DNA of 37,130 bases from Candidatus Sericytochromatia bacterium (GTDB lineage: Bacteria; Cyanobacteriota; Sericytochromatia; UBA7694): positions 1 through 37,130 of the forward strand of contig CAXRDE010000005.1 in assembly GCA_964229355.1 (NCBI GenBank). Direction: 5' to 3'. A program made the translations under genes and the position numbers. Within the stretch, counting starts at the first letter, position 1, and each line of letters begins with the position of its first letter. Of the stretch, positions 7,771-16,254 are shown one piece after another. The notes beneath the pieces were generated by a model. The model made no database searches. It was not told the origin of the DNA and saw only the letters and a program-made list of their open reading frames with translations.

Positions 7771-8910
7771 GTGATTACCCTGCCCGCTGAACACACCAAA
7801 TGGACCCATATTCACCTGGGCGCCTTGCGACACAATGTGCGGCACCTGCGCAGTTGCGCCCCTCAGGCCCATCTGATGGGCGTGGTTAAAGCCAATGCCT
7901 ATGGCCACAATATTGACGTGGTGGTGCCGGCGTTGGCCGCAGAAGGCATTCAACACTTTGGTGTGGCGACCCTGGCAGAGGCCCTGAGTCTCAAAACCCT
8001 GCTGGCCTACGCGCCTCCCGCCATGATTCTGGTGCTGGGGGCCATGCCTACCCATCAATATGCCCGGGCCATTAGCGAAAACCTGCAGTTTATGCTGCAC
8101 ACCCCTGAAGACTTACCGCTGATTGCACAGCTGGCTCGCACCCACCAACAGCGGGCCCGCCTGCACCTTAAAATTGATACCGGCATGGGCCGGGTGGGCT
8201 TTTTGCCCCGAGATTTAGCTCAGGTCCTGAACGCCTGTCAACGCTACGCTAAATTTATTGACGTGGTGGGCGTTTGCTCTCACCTGGCCACCGCCGATGA
8301 CGACAATCAAACCCATGCCTTGCACCAAATTGAGCAATTTGCCCAATGTCGTACCCAGTGTGAAGCCCACCCTTTGTTTCAAGCGCAGCGTCCGCTCTTT
8401 CATTTGGCCAATAGCGACGGTTGTCTACGCTTTCCTGAAAGCCATCACGACATGGTGCGCCCGGGCATTGCCTTGTATGGCTACACCGGCATTGAAGCCT
8501 GTCAAAAAGACCTGCGTCCCGTGCTGTCCCTGCACAGCCAGATTGTGCAGCGTCGGCGAGTGCCTGCGGGTCACCCCATTGGGTATGGCAAGACGTTTAT
8601 TACCCAACGCGAGAGCGAGTTGGCCCTGGTGTCTATTGGTTACGAAGACGGCGTGCCGCGCAATTTGTCGAATCGCTTTAACATGGCCTATGGTGAGGCC
8701 ATATTGCCGGTGTTGGGGCGTGTGTCGATGGATCAATGCGTGGTGGACCTCACCGACTTAAGGGAAGATTTGCCCCGCGTGGGGGAATTTTTAACACTGC
8801 TGAGTGAAGAGCTACCCGCCTACATTTGGGCAGAGCGCTTACAGACCATTCCCTACGAAATTCTCACCAGTCTGGGCCAGCGTTTACCGCGTATTCCCAT
8901 TCCGGCCTGA
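7771..8910 (+). CDS. alr: alanine racemase
   Basis: PLP-lysine motif VVKANAYGHN near the N-terminus and the overall ~380-aa length. The GTG start lies 6 nt after the upstream stop. Confidence 0.85.
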   Translation: MITLPAEHTKWTHIHLGALRHNVRHLRSCAPQAHLMGVVKANAYGHNIDVVVPALAAEGIQHFGVATLAEALSLKTLLAYAPPAMILVLGAMPTHQYARAISENLQFMLHTPEDLPLIAQLARTHQQRARLHLKIDTGMGRVGFLPRDLAQVLNACQRYAKFIDVVGVCSHLATADDDNQTHALHQIEQFAQCRTQCEAHPLFQAQRPLFHLANSDGCLRFPESHHDMVRPGIALYGYTGIEACQKDLRPVLSLHSQIVQRRRVPAGHPIGYGKTFITQRESELALVSIGYEDGVPRNLSNRFNMAYGEAILPVLGRVSMDQCVVDLTDLREDLPRVGEFLTLLSEELPAYIWAERLQTIPYEILTSLGQRLPRIPIPA

Positions 8911-8985
8911 GCCCCGCGTGCATTTGGGCAAGGTGTTAAAAGTGGTACAATACCGCTCAAACACCTGCAAGGAGCATTTCAACCC

Positions 8986-10542
8986 ATGGCAAACACCCTT
9001 ACTGCCTTTCAAAACGAACCCTTTACCGACTTTGAAGCCACCGACAATCGCGAACGCATGCAAGCCGCTCTCGAAAAAGTCGCCGCTGACTTTGGCAAAA
9101 GCTATCCCATGATCATTGATGGCGAAGCCGTTACCGTCGCAGAACAGTTTTCGAGCTATAACCCCTGCCAAAAAGACCAGGAACTGGCCTTTTTTCAAAA
9201 AGGAACCCGCGAGCACGCCGTTCAGGCCATCGAATCCGCTCACAAACATTTCGCCACCTGGTCCAAAACCACCGCCACCGAGCGGGCGGACTACCTGCTC
9301 AAAGGAGCCGCCAAAATGCGCGAGCAAAAATTTGAGCTGGCTGCCACCATGGTTTACGAAGTGGGCAAAAGCTGGGCCGAAGCGGACGGTGACGTGGCTG
9401 AAGCCATTGACTTTTTAGAGTTCTACGCCCGCGAAATGCTGCGTTTAGACAAACCCCAACCCCTGACCCCCTACCCTGGCGAAGAGAATAGCTATGTGTA
9501 CCAGGCCATGGGCGTGGGCGCGATTATTCCCCCCTGGAACTTTCCGCTGGCTATTTTGGCGGGTATGACCACCTCTGCCATTGTGACCGGCAATACCGCC
9601 GTATTAAAACCCGCCGAAGAGGCCATGCTCATTGGCTGGAAATTTATGGAAATCATGGAATCTGTGGGTCTACCCAAAGGCGTGATTCAGTTTATTACCG
9701 GCGACGGCGCGGAGCTGGGCCAGGAAATGGTGCAAAACCCCCTCACCCGTTTTATTAACTTCACGGGCTCTATGCAGGTGGGCCTGCTGATCAACGAACA
9801 GGCCGCCAGGCGCACGCCGGGTCAAAAATGGATCAAACGGGTGATTGCCGAAATGGGCGGCAAAGACGCCATTGTGGCCGATGAAACCGCGGATCCTGAA
9901 GATGTGGCCACCGGTATTGTGGCCTCAGCCTTTGGCTTTCAGGGCCAAAAGTGCTCAGCCTGTTCACGGGCCATTATTCATGAGGCCATTTATGACGAAG
10001 TGCTCGACAAAGTAGCGGCCAAAACCTTAGACCTCAAGGTGGGCAATGTAGAAGACCGCAGCATGTTTATGGGCGCCGTCATCAATCAGGAGTCCGAAGA
10101 CAAAGTCTTAAAATACATTGAAATCGGCAAACAAGAAGGCCGTCTGGTGGTGGGTGGTGAAAAGCTCTCCGATCAGGGACACTTTATTGCACCCACCGTT
10201 TTTGCAGATATTGCCCCCGATGCCAAACTCGCCCAGGACGAGATCTTTGGCCCTGTGGTGGCCTTTATTAAAGCCAAAGATTTTGAAGATGCCCTCGCCA
10301 TTGCCAATAACACCGATTACGGCTTAACCGGTGCGCTGTACTCTCAAGACGAAAGCCGTCTGGAGCGGGCCAAAGCAGACTTTTTTGTGGGCAATTTGTA
10401 CCTGAACCGCAAATGTACCGGAGCCCTGGTAGACGTGCATCCTTTTGGCGGTTTTAACCTTTCTGGCACCGACTCCAAAGCCGGAGGTCGCGATTATCTG
10501 CACCACTTCTTACAGGCAAAATCCATTAGCCGTAAGATTTAA
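8986..10542 (+). CDS. rocA: 1-pyrroline-5-carboxylate dehydrogenase (L-glutamate gamma-semialdehyde dehydrogenase), Bacillus RocA type
   Basis: 518 aa, colinear with Bacillus RocA. Shared blocks include EPFTDF, IDFLEFYAR, FNFPLAI, KRVIAEMGGKD, GQKCSA and NNTDYGLTGA. There is an aldehyde-dehydrogenase catalytic Cys/Glu context. SD AAGGAG lies 10 nt upstream. Confidence 0.9.
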   Translation: MANTLTAFQNEPFTDFEATDNRERMQAALEKVAADFGKSYPMIIDGEAVTVAEQFSSYNPCQKDQELAFFQKGTREHAVQAIESAHKHFATWSKTTATERADYLLKGAAKMREQKFELAATMVYEVGKSWAEADGDVAEAIDFLEFYAREMLRLDKPQPLTPYPGEENSYVYQAMGVGAIIPPWNFPLAILAGMTTSAIVTGNTAVLKPAEEAMLIGWKFMEIMESVGLPKGVIQFITGDGAELGQEMVQNPLTRFINFTGSMQVGLLINEQAARRTPGQKWIKRVIAEMGGKDAIVADETADPEDVATGIVASAFGFQGQKCSACSRAIIHEAIYDEVLDKVAAKTLDLKVGNVEDRSMFMGAVINQESEDKVLKYIEIGKQEGRLVVGGEKLSDQGHFIAPTVFADIAPDAKLAQDEIFGPVVAFIKAKDFEDALAIANNTDYGLTGALYSQDESRLERAKADFFVGNLYLNRKCTGALVDVHPFGGFNLSGTDSKAGGRDYLHHFLQAKSISRKI

Positions 10543-10551
10543 GCTTTTTCA

Positions 10552-10586
10552 CCCGTAGTGCCCAAAAGCACTACGGGTATTTCTTT
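10552..10586 (+). terminator. rho-independent terminator after rocA
   Basis: Perfect 10-bp stem CCCGTAGTGC / GCACTACGGG with loop CCAAAA, followed by TATTTCTTT. Confidence 0.65.
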
Positions 10587-10603
10587 ACGAAAGCAGACCC
10601 TTG

Positions 10604-11119
10604 ATGAAGGTATTCGGCACCATTGCACTCGCCCTGAGCAGCTTATTACTCCTGAGTCCCACAGTTCTGGCGGCTCAGCCTCAGCCCGTGACCCAAACCC
10701 AGTCTTCTCACAATCAGACAGAGGCCAGACAGGCCGCCGAAGCGCTATTCAAAGCGCTGGATTACGCCAAAAGCTACGACGAAACCATTCAACGCCTGGT
10801 GGATAGCCAAATTCAGCAAATGCCTGTTCTGGCCCCTTATAAACCCGAGATGCTGGCTTTTTTAAACAAATACATGTCCTGGGACAGCATCAAAGAGGAA
10901 GTCATTGTGATGTACAGTGAAACCTTTACCGCCCAGGAACTGCGCGAGCTTGCCGCCTTTTACCAAACGCCCCTCGGTAAAAAAGCCCTTAAAAAAATGC
11001 CTGGGCTGGTGGCCCGAGGTGCAGCCCTGGGACAGCAACGGGTTCAGGCCCACGAAGCCGAATTCGAAGCCATGATCGAACAGGCCCGAAAAACCCGCAA
11101 CATCCAGGAAACCCCCTGA
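10604..11119 (+). CDS. DUF2059-family secreted protein
   Basis: Signal peptide MMKVFGTIALALSSLLLLSPTVLA. The C-terminal block FTAQELRELAAFYQTPLGKKALKKMP is characteristic of DUF2059. Confidence 0.55.
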   Translation: MKVFGTIALALSSLLLLSPTVLAAQPQPVTQTQSSHNQTEARQAAEALFKALDYAKSYDETIQRLVDSQIQQMPVLAPYKPEMLAFLNKYMSWDSIKEEVIVMYSETFTAQELRELAAFYQTPLGKKALKKMPGLVARGAALGQQRVQAHEAEFEAMIEQARKTRNIQETP

Positions 11120-11121
11120 GC

Positions 11122-12090
11122 ATGTGGTTGCAAAACCACTGGTACGCGGTGTTAGACAGCAACGAACTCAAACAAGGTCCTGTTAAAGCAGAACGCCTGG
11201 GCGAGTTCCTGGTGTTTTGGCGAGACAGCCAGGGCAAAGCCCATGTACAACAGGACCGCTGTCCTCATTTGGGTGCTAGCCTGAGCCAGGGCAACATTCA
11301 AAACAATTGTTTGGTGTGCCCCTTTCATGGCTTTGCCTTTGACGCTGAAGGCCAGTGTCAGCGTATTCCCGCCAATGGTCCCCAGGGCAAGATTCCACCC
11401 CAGCTCACCGTGCACACCTACCCCAGTCAAGAAAAACACGGCCTAATTTGGATCTGGTACGGTGAGGCACCGCCCACCCCAGAGCCTCCTTTTTTTGAAG
11501 AGCTAAAACCTTTACATTACGGTACCCTTACCGATCAATGGCCGGTACACATCAGCCGCGCCATCGAAAATCAACTGGACAGCGCCCACCTGCCTTTTGT
11601 CCACCATAACACCATCGGACGACGTCTTTCGCCCTTTATGCAGGGCCCTTATGTCGAAGCCGATGCCGCAGGCATTCAGGTGTGGAACTTTCAGCACTTA
11701 GATGCCGACAAACAGCTGAGCCAGCAAGAGCTTAAAGGCCATATCAAGGGCAGAGCCCCGGCATTGGTACTGCTGTTTCCGGGAATTTGGCGTTTAAAAA
11801 TCAGTGAAGGGTTTTACCAGTTTATTGCTTTTGTGCCCGTCAACGCCACCACCACCCATTATTACTTACGCCACTATCGCAATTGGAAAGTCCCGCTTGT
11901 CGACAGCCTGGTGTCCAAAGCCATGTCTTTGAGTAACCGCATCATTTTAAATCAGGATAAGCGGGTAGTGTGCGCCCAGTTGCCTATTAACAGTGCTGAG
12001 GCAGAGCACGAACATCTGATTGGTGCCGATCGTGCCATTGCGCAGTTTCGCCGTTGGGTGCGTCACGCCCAGGACGAAGGACAATCATAG
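11122..12090 (+). CDS. Rieske [2Fe-2S] non-heme iron oxygenase (PaO/Tic55-like)
   Basis: The Rieske box is CPHLGASL...CPFHGF (CxH-x17-CxxH). The start lies 3 nt after the DUF2059 stop, which suggests translational coupling. A C-terminal mononuclear-iron domain of ~200 aa follows. Confidence 0.75.
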   Translation: MWLQNHWYAVLDSNELKQGPVKAERLGEFLVFWRDSQGKAHVQQDRCPHLGASLSQGNIQNNCLVCPFHGFAFDAEGQCQRIPANGPQGKIPPQLTVHTYPSQEKHGLIWIWYGEAPPTPEPPFFEELKPLHYGTLTDQWPVHISRAIENQLDSAHLPFVHHNTIGRRLSPFMQGPYVEADAAGIQVWNFQHLDADKQLSQQELKGHIKGRAPALVLLFPGIWRLKISEGFYQFIAFVPVNATTTHYYLRHYRNWKVPLVDSLVSKAMSLSNRIILNQDKRVVCAQLPINSAEAEHEHLIGADRAIAQFRRWVRHAQDEGQS

Positions 12091-12128
12091 ACTTGTCTAA
12101 AGCCTAAGCTTTCGGTTTTAATAGGGTT

Positions 12129-12680
12129 ATGATCGAACGTCTTTTGCGCATGCAAACCATTGATGGCCCTTACCTGGGGCCCGCGCGTCCTCCGGAGGCT
12201 TCCCCCGCCACACCCCGTGCGGTGTTTCAGCTGCCTGAGGCAAAAACCCCTCCGGTACCGTCTGCCAAACTCCAATCTCTGGGCCAACAACTGCATGTGC
12301 AACAGGCCCACAACACGGTGGCCTCACAACAACGCAGCATGCAGCATAGCGTTCAACACATTGCCCGGCAGACCCTACAACCCGCCACCCTGCAATCGCT
12401 CCAACAGCATGGTGTGAGCTCAGTATTGGGGCTATCAGCCCAGGAACTGTTTTTATTGAGCCTGCTCAAACCCCAAAGCGAGGGTAAATCCCTCACCGGT
12501 CAGGAGCAATGGGTCCCCAATGCCAGTGCACAGCTCTCTTTCATTCACACGCCCCGCACCTTTTTGCACACCTTGCCCAGGGCCCGCCAACTGCGCCTGC
12601 GGGGCCTATCCTTTATGACCTTCCGCTTTCAATGGGAATCCGATGAAGCCGCGCCCGATGAAGCGGGCATGCTAAAATGA
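12129..12680 (+). CDS. hypothetical Gln/Pro-rich protein
   Basis: 183-aa ORF with no recognisable motif and a Q-rich central region. Coding potential is supported only by length and codon periodicity. Confidence 0.4.
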   Translation: MIERLLRMQTIDGPYLGPARPPEASPATPRAVFQLPEAKTPPVPSAKLQSLGQQLHVQQAHNTVASQQRSMQHSVQHIARQTLQPATLQSLQQHGVSSVLGLSAQELFLLSLLKPQSEGKSLTGQEQWVPNASAQLSFIHTPRTFLHTLPRARQLRLRGLSFMTFRFQWESDEAAPDEAGMLK

Positions 12681-12725
12681 TGCCGTTTCCACACCAGGAT
12701 TTTTTTGAATAAAGGCGGCGGCTTC

Positions 12726-14825
12726 ATGACCGGTAAAAAAAGCTTTCTTACAGGACTGTGTCTTGTGTTAAGCCTCTTTTTATTTGGTCCTTCGGCCATG
12801 GCCCAAATTCCAGGCCTGGACAGCATTGATACCGGCGGCACCCAGAGTAAACTGCCCGAGATTCAGTTTGTTAACCCACAAACCAGCGAAGAAACCCAGG
12901 AAGAAGTGAAGGCGATCCGCTCTCTGTTTGACCGCCAGCCCTGGCAGTTCAATGCAGACACCCTGCGTGAAGCCTGGGACGACATTCAGTCGGTGCCCCA
13001 GGAATTCCAAAAAATCACCCAATTGATTCAAACCCCTGAAGTCCCTAACGCCTGGATTGCCAGCTTTGCGGTGGGCCTGGTGCTCTTTTTTGTTCTCAGC
13101 TATTGGAGCGATCGTCGACTGGCCCTGGCAGCCAGCCAGCTCATGCAATGGATGCCTGTGGCCTGGCCCTTTTGGCTGCGGCGACTGTGCAAAATGTTGC
13201 TGGTGGTGGCCAGCCGCCTGATTTTTCCAGCGTTACTGCTACTGATTTTACGACTAACCTGGAGCGCATTTCCCGGAGACGCCCTGTATTTTCCATTGCT
13301 GATTAAAGGGGCTTTGCTATTTTTGGCCTATCGGGGCGGCCAGACCTTATTGCACGAAATTCTATACACTGAGCGCAGTCATTTGCTCGAAAATGCAGAC
13401 GAGCGCGTGGCGCAGCGCATTTACCGACGCACCCATTATTTCTTAGGTTTTACGGTCCTGATTTGGTTTGGTATTTTCGTTTTTCAGGCCCTGGCATACC
13501 GCCCTGATTTTATTGAGCTGCTCTATTTTATCTACTCACTGAGCTTGTTTAGCTTTGCCGCCTATCTGCTGTCCCGTAAAAGTGAAGTGTTTTCGCTCTT
13601 GCCGGACATCAATGAACCGGTGTATCAGCGTTTTGTATTTTTTCTACGCCGCTTTTATACCTATGTAAGCGCTTTTTGCTTGATCCTGGGCTTGCTGTGG
13701 CTCAGCGGGTACCGTCCGCTGGTCAACATGCTCTTCTTGCGATCCTGGGCCATTATTGGCTTAATTCTGGGGGTACGTCTCTTGCATCGGGTGCTGGGGC
13801 ATGGCCTCAACCATTATTTTAAGCAAGAGGTTCATCCCGAACAAAAATTAGTACCCGCTATTTTACAAAGCGCAACCGTGGTCGAAACCCTGTTGCTTTT
13901 TCACGGCGTTTTGGCGCTACTGGGCCTGCGGGATCCTTTTATTACCCTGCTTGAACAGCCCATTGCCACCATCGGCAGCAATTCGATCATTAGCGCTTTT
14001 TCTTTTTTAAACGGCATTATTGCCCTGGTGCTGGTGTGGATGATCAGCCGCATTGTACAGGCCTTTTTAGAAGAGCGGGTCTACCCCGCCAACTTCGATG
14101 TGGGCTTAGAGCAAATGATCAACCTGACCGTGTTCTACACCCTGATGATTTTAGGGCTCTTGATCGCCCTGAATATTATTGGTCTGGACCTCTCGGTGTT
14201 CACTATTTTTGCCGGTGCTTTGGCCTTTGGTGTGGGCTTTGGCTTGCAGGGCATTGCCAAAAATTTTGTGAGTGGTCTGATCCTGATTTTTACCGGTCTC
14301 GTTAAAAAGGGCGACTACATCACCGTCTCGGATCACTCGGGGTACATTCAAGACGTCAGCTGGAAAAAGGTTCACCTGCGCACCCCTGATCATGTGGACT
14401 TAATTATTCCCACGGTAGATCTGGTGGAGTCTCCAATTGTGAACTGGAGTTATTCGGGCAATATTGTGCGTATGCATGTGCCTGTTGGGGTCTCGTACCA
14501 GTCAGATATGAATGTGGTGAAAAAGGCCCTGATGGAAGCCGCCAAAGAACATAAAGAGGTCAAAAGTTATCCGGCCCCCGATGTGTGGCTTACAGACTTT
14601 GGCGATAACTCGGTCAACTTTGAATTATTGGTGTGGGTGGACTGTCGCCGCATTACCCTGGCCCGCCTCAAAGGCGAGTTGAACTTTATCATCTGGAACA
14701 AGCTGGCGGATCACCACATCGAAATTCCATTCCCACAACGGGATTTGCACCTGCGTTCGGTGGCCCCTGAGCTGCAACAGTGGATACAGAAAGAGCACCC
14801 GCCAGAAGCGAGTGCTCAGGAATAA
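12726..14825 (+). CDS. mechanosensitive ion channel, MscS family (large MscK-like form)
   Basis: The architecture is signal peptide, periplasmic domain, multiple TM helices, then the conserved MscS pore and beta-domain region (GDYITVSDHSGYIQDVSWKKVHLRTPD...IIPT). ATG 12726 has an AAAGGCGG SD, whereas the 12705 TTG does not. Confidence 0.8.
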   Translation: MTGKKSFLTGLCLVLSLFLFGPSAMAQIPGLDSIDTGGTQSKLPEIQFVNPQTSEETQEEVKAIRSLFDRQPWQFNADTLREAWDDIQSVPQEFQKITQLIQTPEVPNAWIASFAVGLVLFFVLSYWSDRRLALAASQLMQWMPVAWPFWLRRLCKMLLVVASRLIFPALLLLILRLTWSAFPGDALYFPLLIKGALLFLAYRGGQTLLHEILYTERSHLLENADERVAQRIYRRTHYFLGFTVLIWFGIFVFQALAYRPDFIELLYFIYSLSLFSFAAYLLSRKSEVFSLLPDINEPVYQRFVFFLRRFYTYVSAFCLILGLLWLSGYRPLVNMLFLRSWAIIGLILGVRLLHRVLGHGLNHYFKQEVHPEQKLVPAILQSATVVETLLLFHGVLALLGLRDPFITLLEQPIATIGSNSIISAFSFLNGIIALVLVWMISRIVQAFLEERVYPANFDVGLEQMINLTVFYTLMILGLLIALNIIGLDLSVFTIFAGALAFGVGFGLQGIAKNFVSGLILIFTGLVKKGDYITVSDHSGYIQDVSWKKVHLRTPDHVDLIIPTVDLVESPIVNWSYSGNIVRMHVPVGVSYQSDMNVVKKALMEAAKEHKEVKSYPAPDVWLTDFGDNSVNFELLVWVDCRRITLARLKGELNFIIWNKLADHHIEIPFPQRDLHLRSVAPELQQWIQKEHPPEASAQE

Positions 14826-14842
14826 ATCAAAGGGATAAAGGA

Positions 14843-15250
14843 TTAGCGTCCGGGGGGACGGTTACCCGGTGGGGGTCCAGGAGGACGGTTACCACCGGGA
14901 GGTCCTTGCTGTGGACGGGGTGGCCGTCCTGGAGGTGGGCCGCCCTGTGGGCCTGGAGGAGGACCGCCCTGAGGGGCCTGAGCTCCTGTAGCATTTTCTA
15001 CAGACTCAATGGTTCTTAATAAGGCCTCGGCCACTTCTTTACCCAGTGAATAAGGGATAGCAATACGGGTATGTACCGGAACACACTCTTTTTGTAAGGT
15101 ATCGACTTCTTCTTGCATAATAGGGGGCAAGTAGCCGAAATCAATAACCACGTTTTCGCGATCCACGCGGAAACGGAAGAGGTTTGCGGGTTGAGAAAGG
15201 GTATCTAAATCTCTCGCGAGTAAATCATCGGGTGAGAGCGGTTGTACCAT
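14843..15250 (-). CDS. hypothetical protein with ~85-aa N-terminal domain and Pro/Gly-rich disordered C-terminal tail
   Basis: The C-terminal tail is QGGPPPGPQGGPPPGRPPRPQQGPPGGNRPPGPPPGNRPPGR, with repeated GPPPG / NRPPG units. Confidence 0.5.
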   Translation of the reverse strand: MVQPLSPDDLLARDLDTLSQPANLFRFRVDRENVVIDFGYLPPIMQEEVDTLQKECVPVHTRIAIPYSLGKEVAEALLRTIESVENATGAQAPQGGPPPGPQGGPPPGRPPRPQQGPPGGNRPPGPPPGNRPPGR

Positions 15251-15330
15251 GGATGTCTCCTACCTTAAAATGGAATGCTTCATGCTACCATAGTTAAGCC
15301 CCAGAATCAAATCCCCGGAGTGTAGAGCCC

Positions 15331-15585
15331 ATGGAAGAACTGCACCTTTTCGAGGAGCTGGACGTTCCTGCCCCGGAACCGTCACCCCCCCAAAAAAAGA
15401 AAAAAACACTGCCGGCGGATACCGACCGTGAATTTTGGGAAGATTTAGAGCGGTGGCGCCCCCTGTGCAGTACGGTAGAACAGGAAATTGCTTTTTTGAC
15501 CCGTTATTTAGAACGGTTCAAGTTTGAGGGTGATCGTAAACGTTTGAACACCCTCAAACACTACCTCTATGTGTACGGCGACTAG
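15331..15585 (+). CDS. hypothetical small protein (84 aa)
   Basis: ORF with an acidic N-terminus and a KKKK patch. No motif recognised. Confidence 0.35.
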   Translation: MEELHLFEELDVPAPEPSPPQKKKKTLPADTDREFWEDLERWRPLCSTVEQEIAFLTRYLERFKFEGDRKRLNTLKHYLYVYGD

Positions 15586-16070
15586 CTCTTTAAGCTCATT
15601 AAGTAGGCCAACAGATCCGCGTACTCCTGAGGGCTCATTTGCGCGTTGAGACCTTTCACCATCATATTGGTGTAGCCTTCCACCAAATAGGCCTCAGGCT
15701 CTTCAATGGACTGCTTCAGATAGGCCATCGCGTCTAAACCTTCCACACGGGTAGCCGCTCGTTCACCAATGCCGTCTAAGGCAGGACCAATCGTCCCTTT
15801 GGCTTCAGGCAGACTCTGAATCGCATGACACGCGGTACACCCGCGGGCAATAAACACCTGAGGCCCGGCTTCAGCGTTACCCGCGGGCAATGCTGCTGCT
15901 TCACTGTGAGCCCCATCGGTACTTTCGGTGTGTTCAGCCACCCCTGAAGGAGGTGTTTGTTCGGTGCTCGACTGCTCAGTACTGGTGCTTTCCTGGGCGG
16001 TTTCTTCTGCTGGACAGGCGCTCAATGCCAATAAGCAACCCATCGCCAGCAACAACTGTGTTATTTTCAT
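15582..16070 (-). CDS. c-type cytochrome, lipoprotein
   Basis: Lipobox LLALSAC, a Ser/Thr/Glu-rich linker, and the heme-binding CTACH (CxxCH) motif with a downstream Met ligand region. SD AAAGGATA is upstream. Confidence 0.7.
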   Translation of the reverse strand: MKITQLLLAMGCLLALSACPAEETAQESTSTEQSSTEQTPPSGVAEHTESTDGAHSEAAALPAGNAEAGPQVFIARGCTACHAIQSLPEAKGTIGPALDGIGERAATRVEGLDAMAYLKQSIEEPEAYLVEGYTNMMVKGLNAQMSPQEYADLLAYLMSLKS

Positions 16071-16196
16071 ACTGAAAATATCCTTTTACTTTGTTGATGC
16101 TCCTACGTTAACACGGACCCCTGCACCTTGCTGTTGATCTGGATCAGGAAAAGGCCAAACTGCCACAAAATGATGCAGGCCACAGCCAAATCTTTG

Positions 16197-16226
16197 CAAA
16201 AAAAAAAGACCGCCAGGAGGGCGGTC
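16197..16226 (-). terminator. rho-independent terminator after NHL-repeat gene
   Basis: On the minus strand the sequence reads GACCGCC-CTCCT-GGCGGTC followed by T9 (plus-strand A-run 16197-16207). Confidence 0.6.
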
Positions 16227-16254
16227 AGCGTAGAGAGTTAAAAAACAAATCGTT

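Noticed and set aside
7207-8100. 297-aa minus-strand ORF antisense to the alanine racemase and the 6895 gene
   Set aside because: It lies entirely inside two well-supported plus-strand genes. Its Gly/Arg/His/Gln-rich composition (GRHGPQHQNHGGRRVGQQG...) is typical of a shadow frame in GC-rich coding DNA, and it has no motif.
12063-12327. Minus-strand ORFs (82 and 66 aa) spanning the Rieske gene end and the 12129 gene start
   Set aside because: Arg/Gly/Pro-rich shadow frames with no start context and no motif. They overlap better-supported plus-strand ORFs.
14843-14980. Collagen-like triple-helix repeat
   Set aside because: The Pro/Gly tract does not keep a strict G-X-Y triplet periodicity (GGPPPGPQGGPPPGRPPRPQQ...), so it is a polyproline or low-complexity tail, not collagen.
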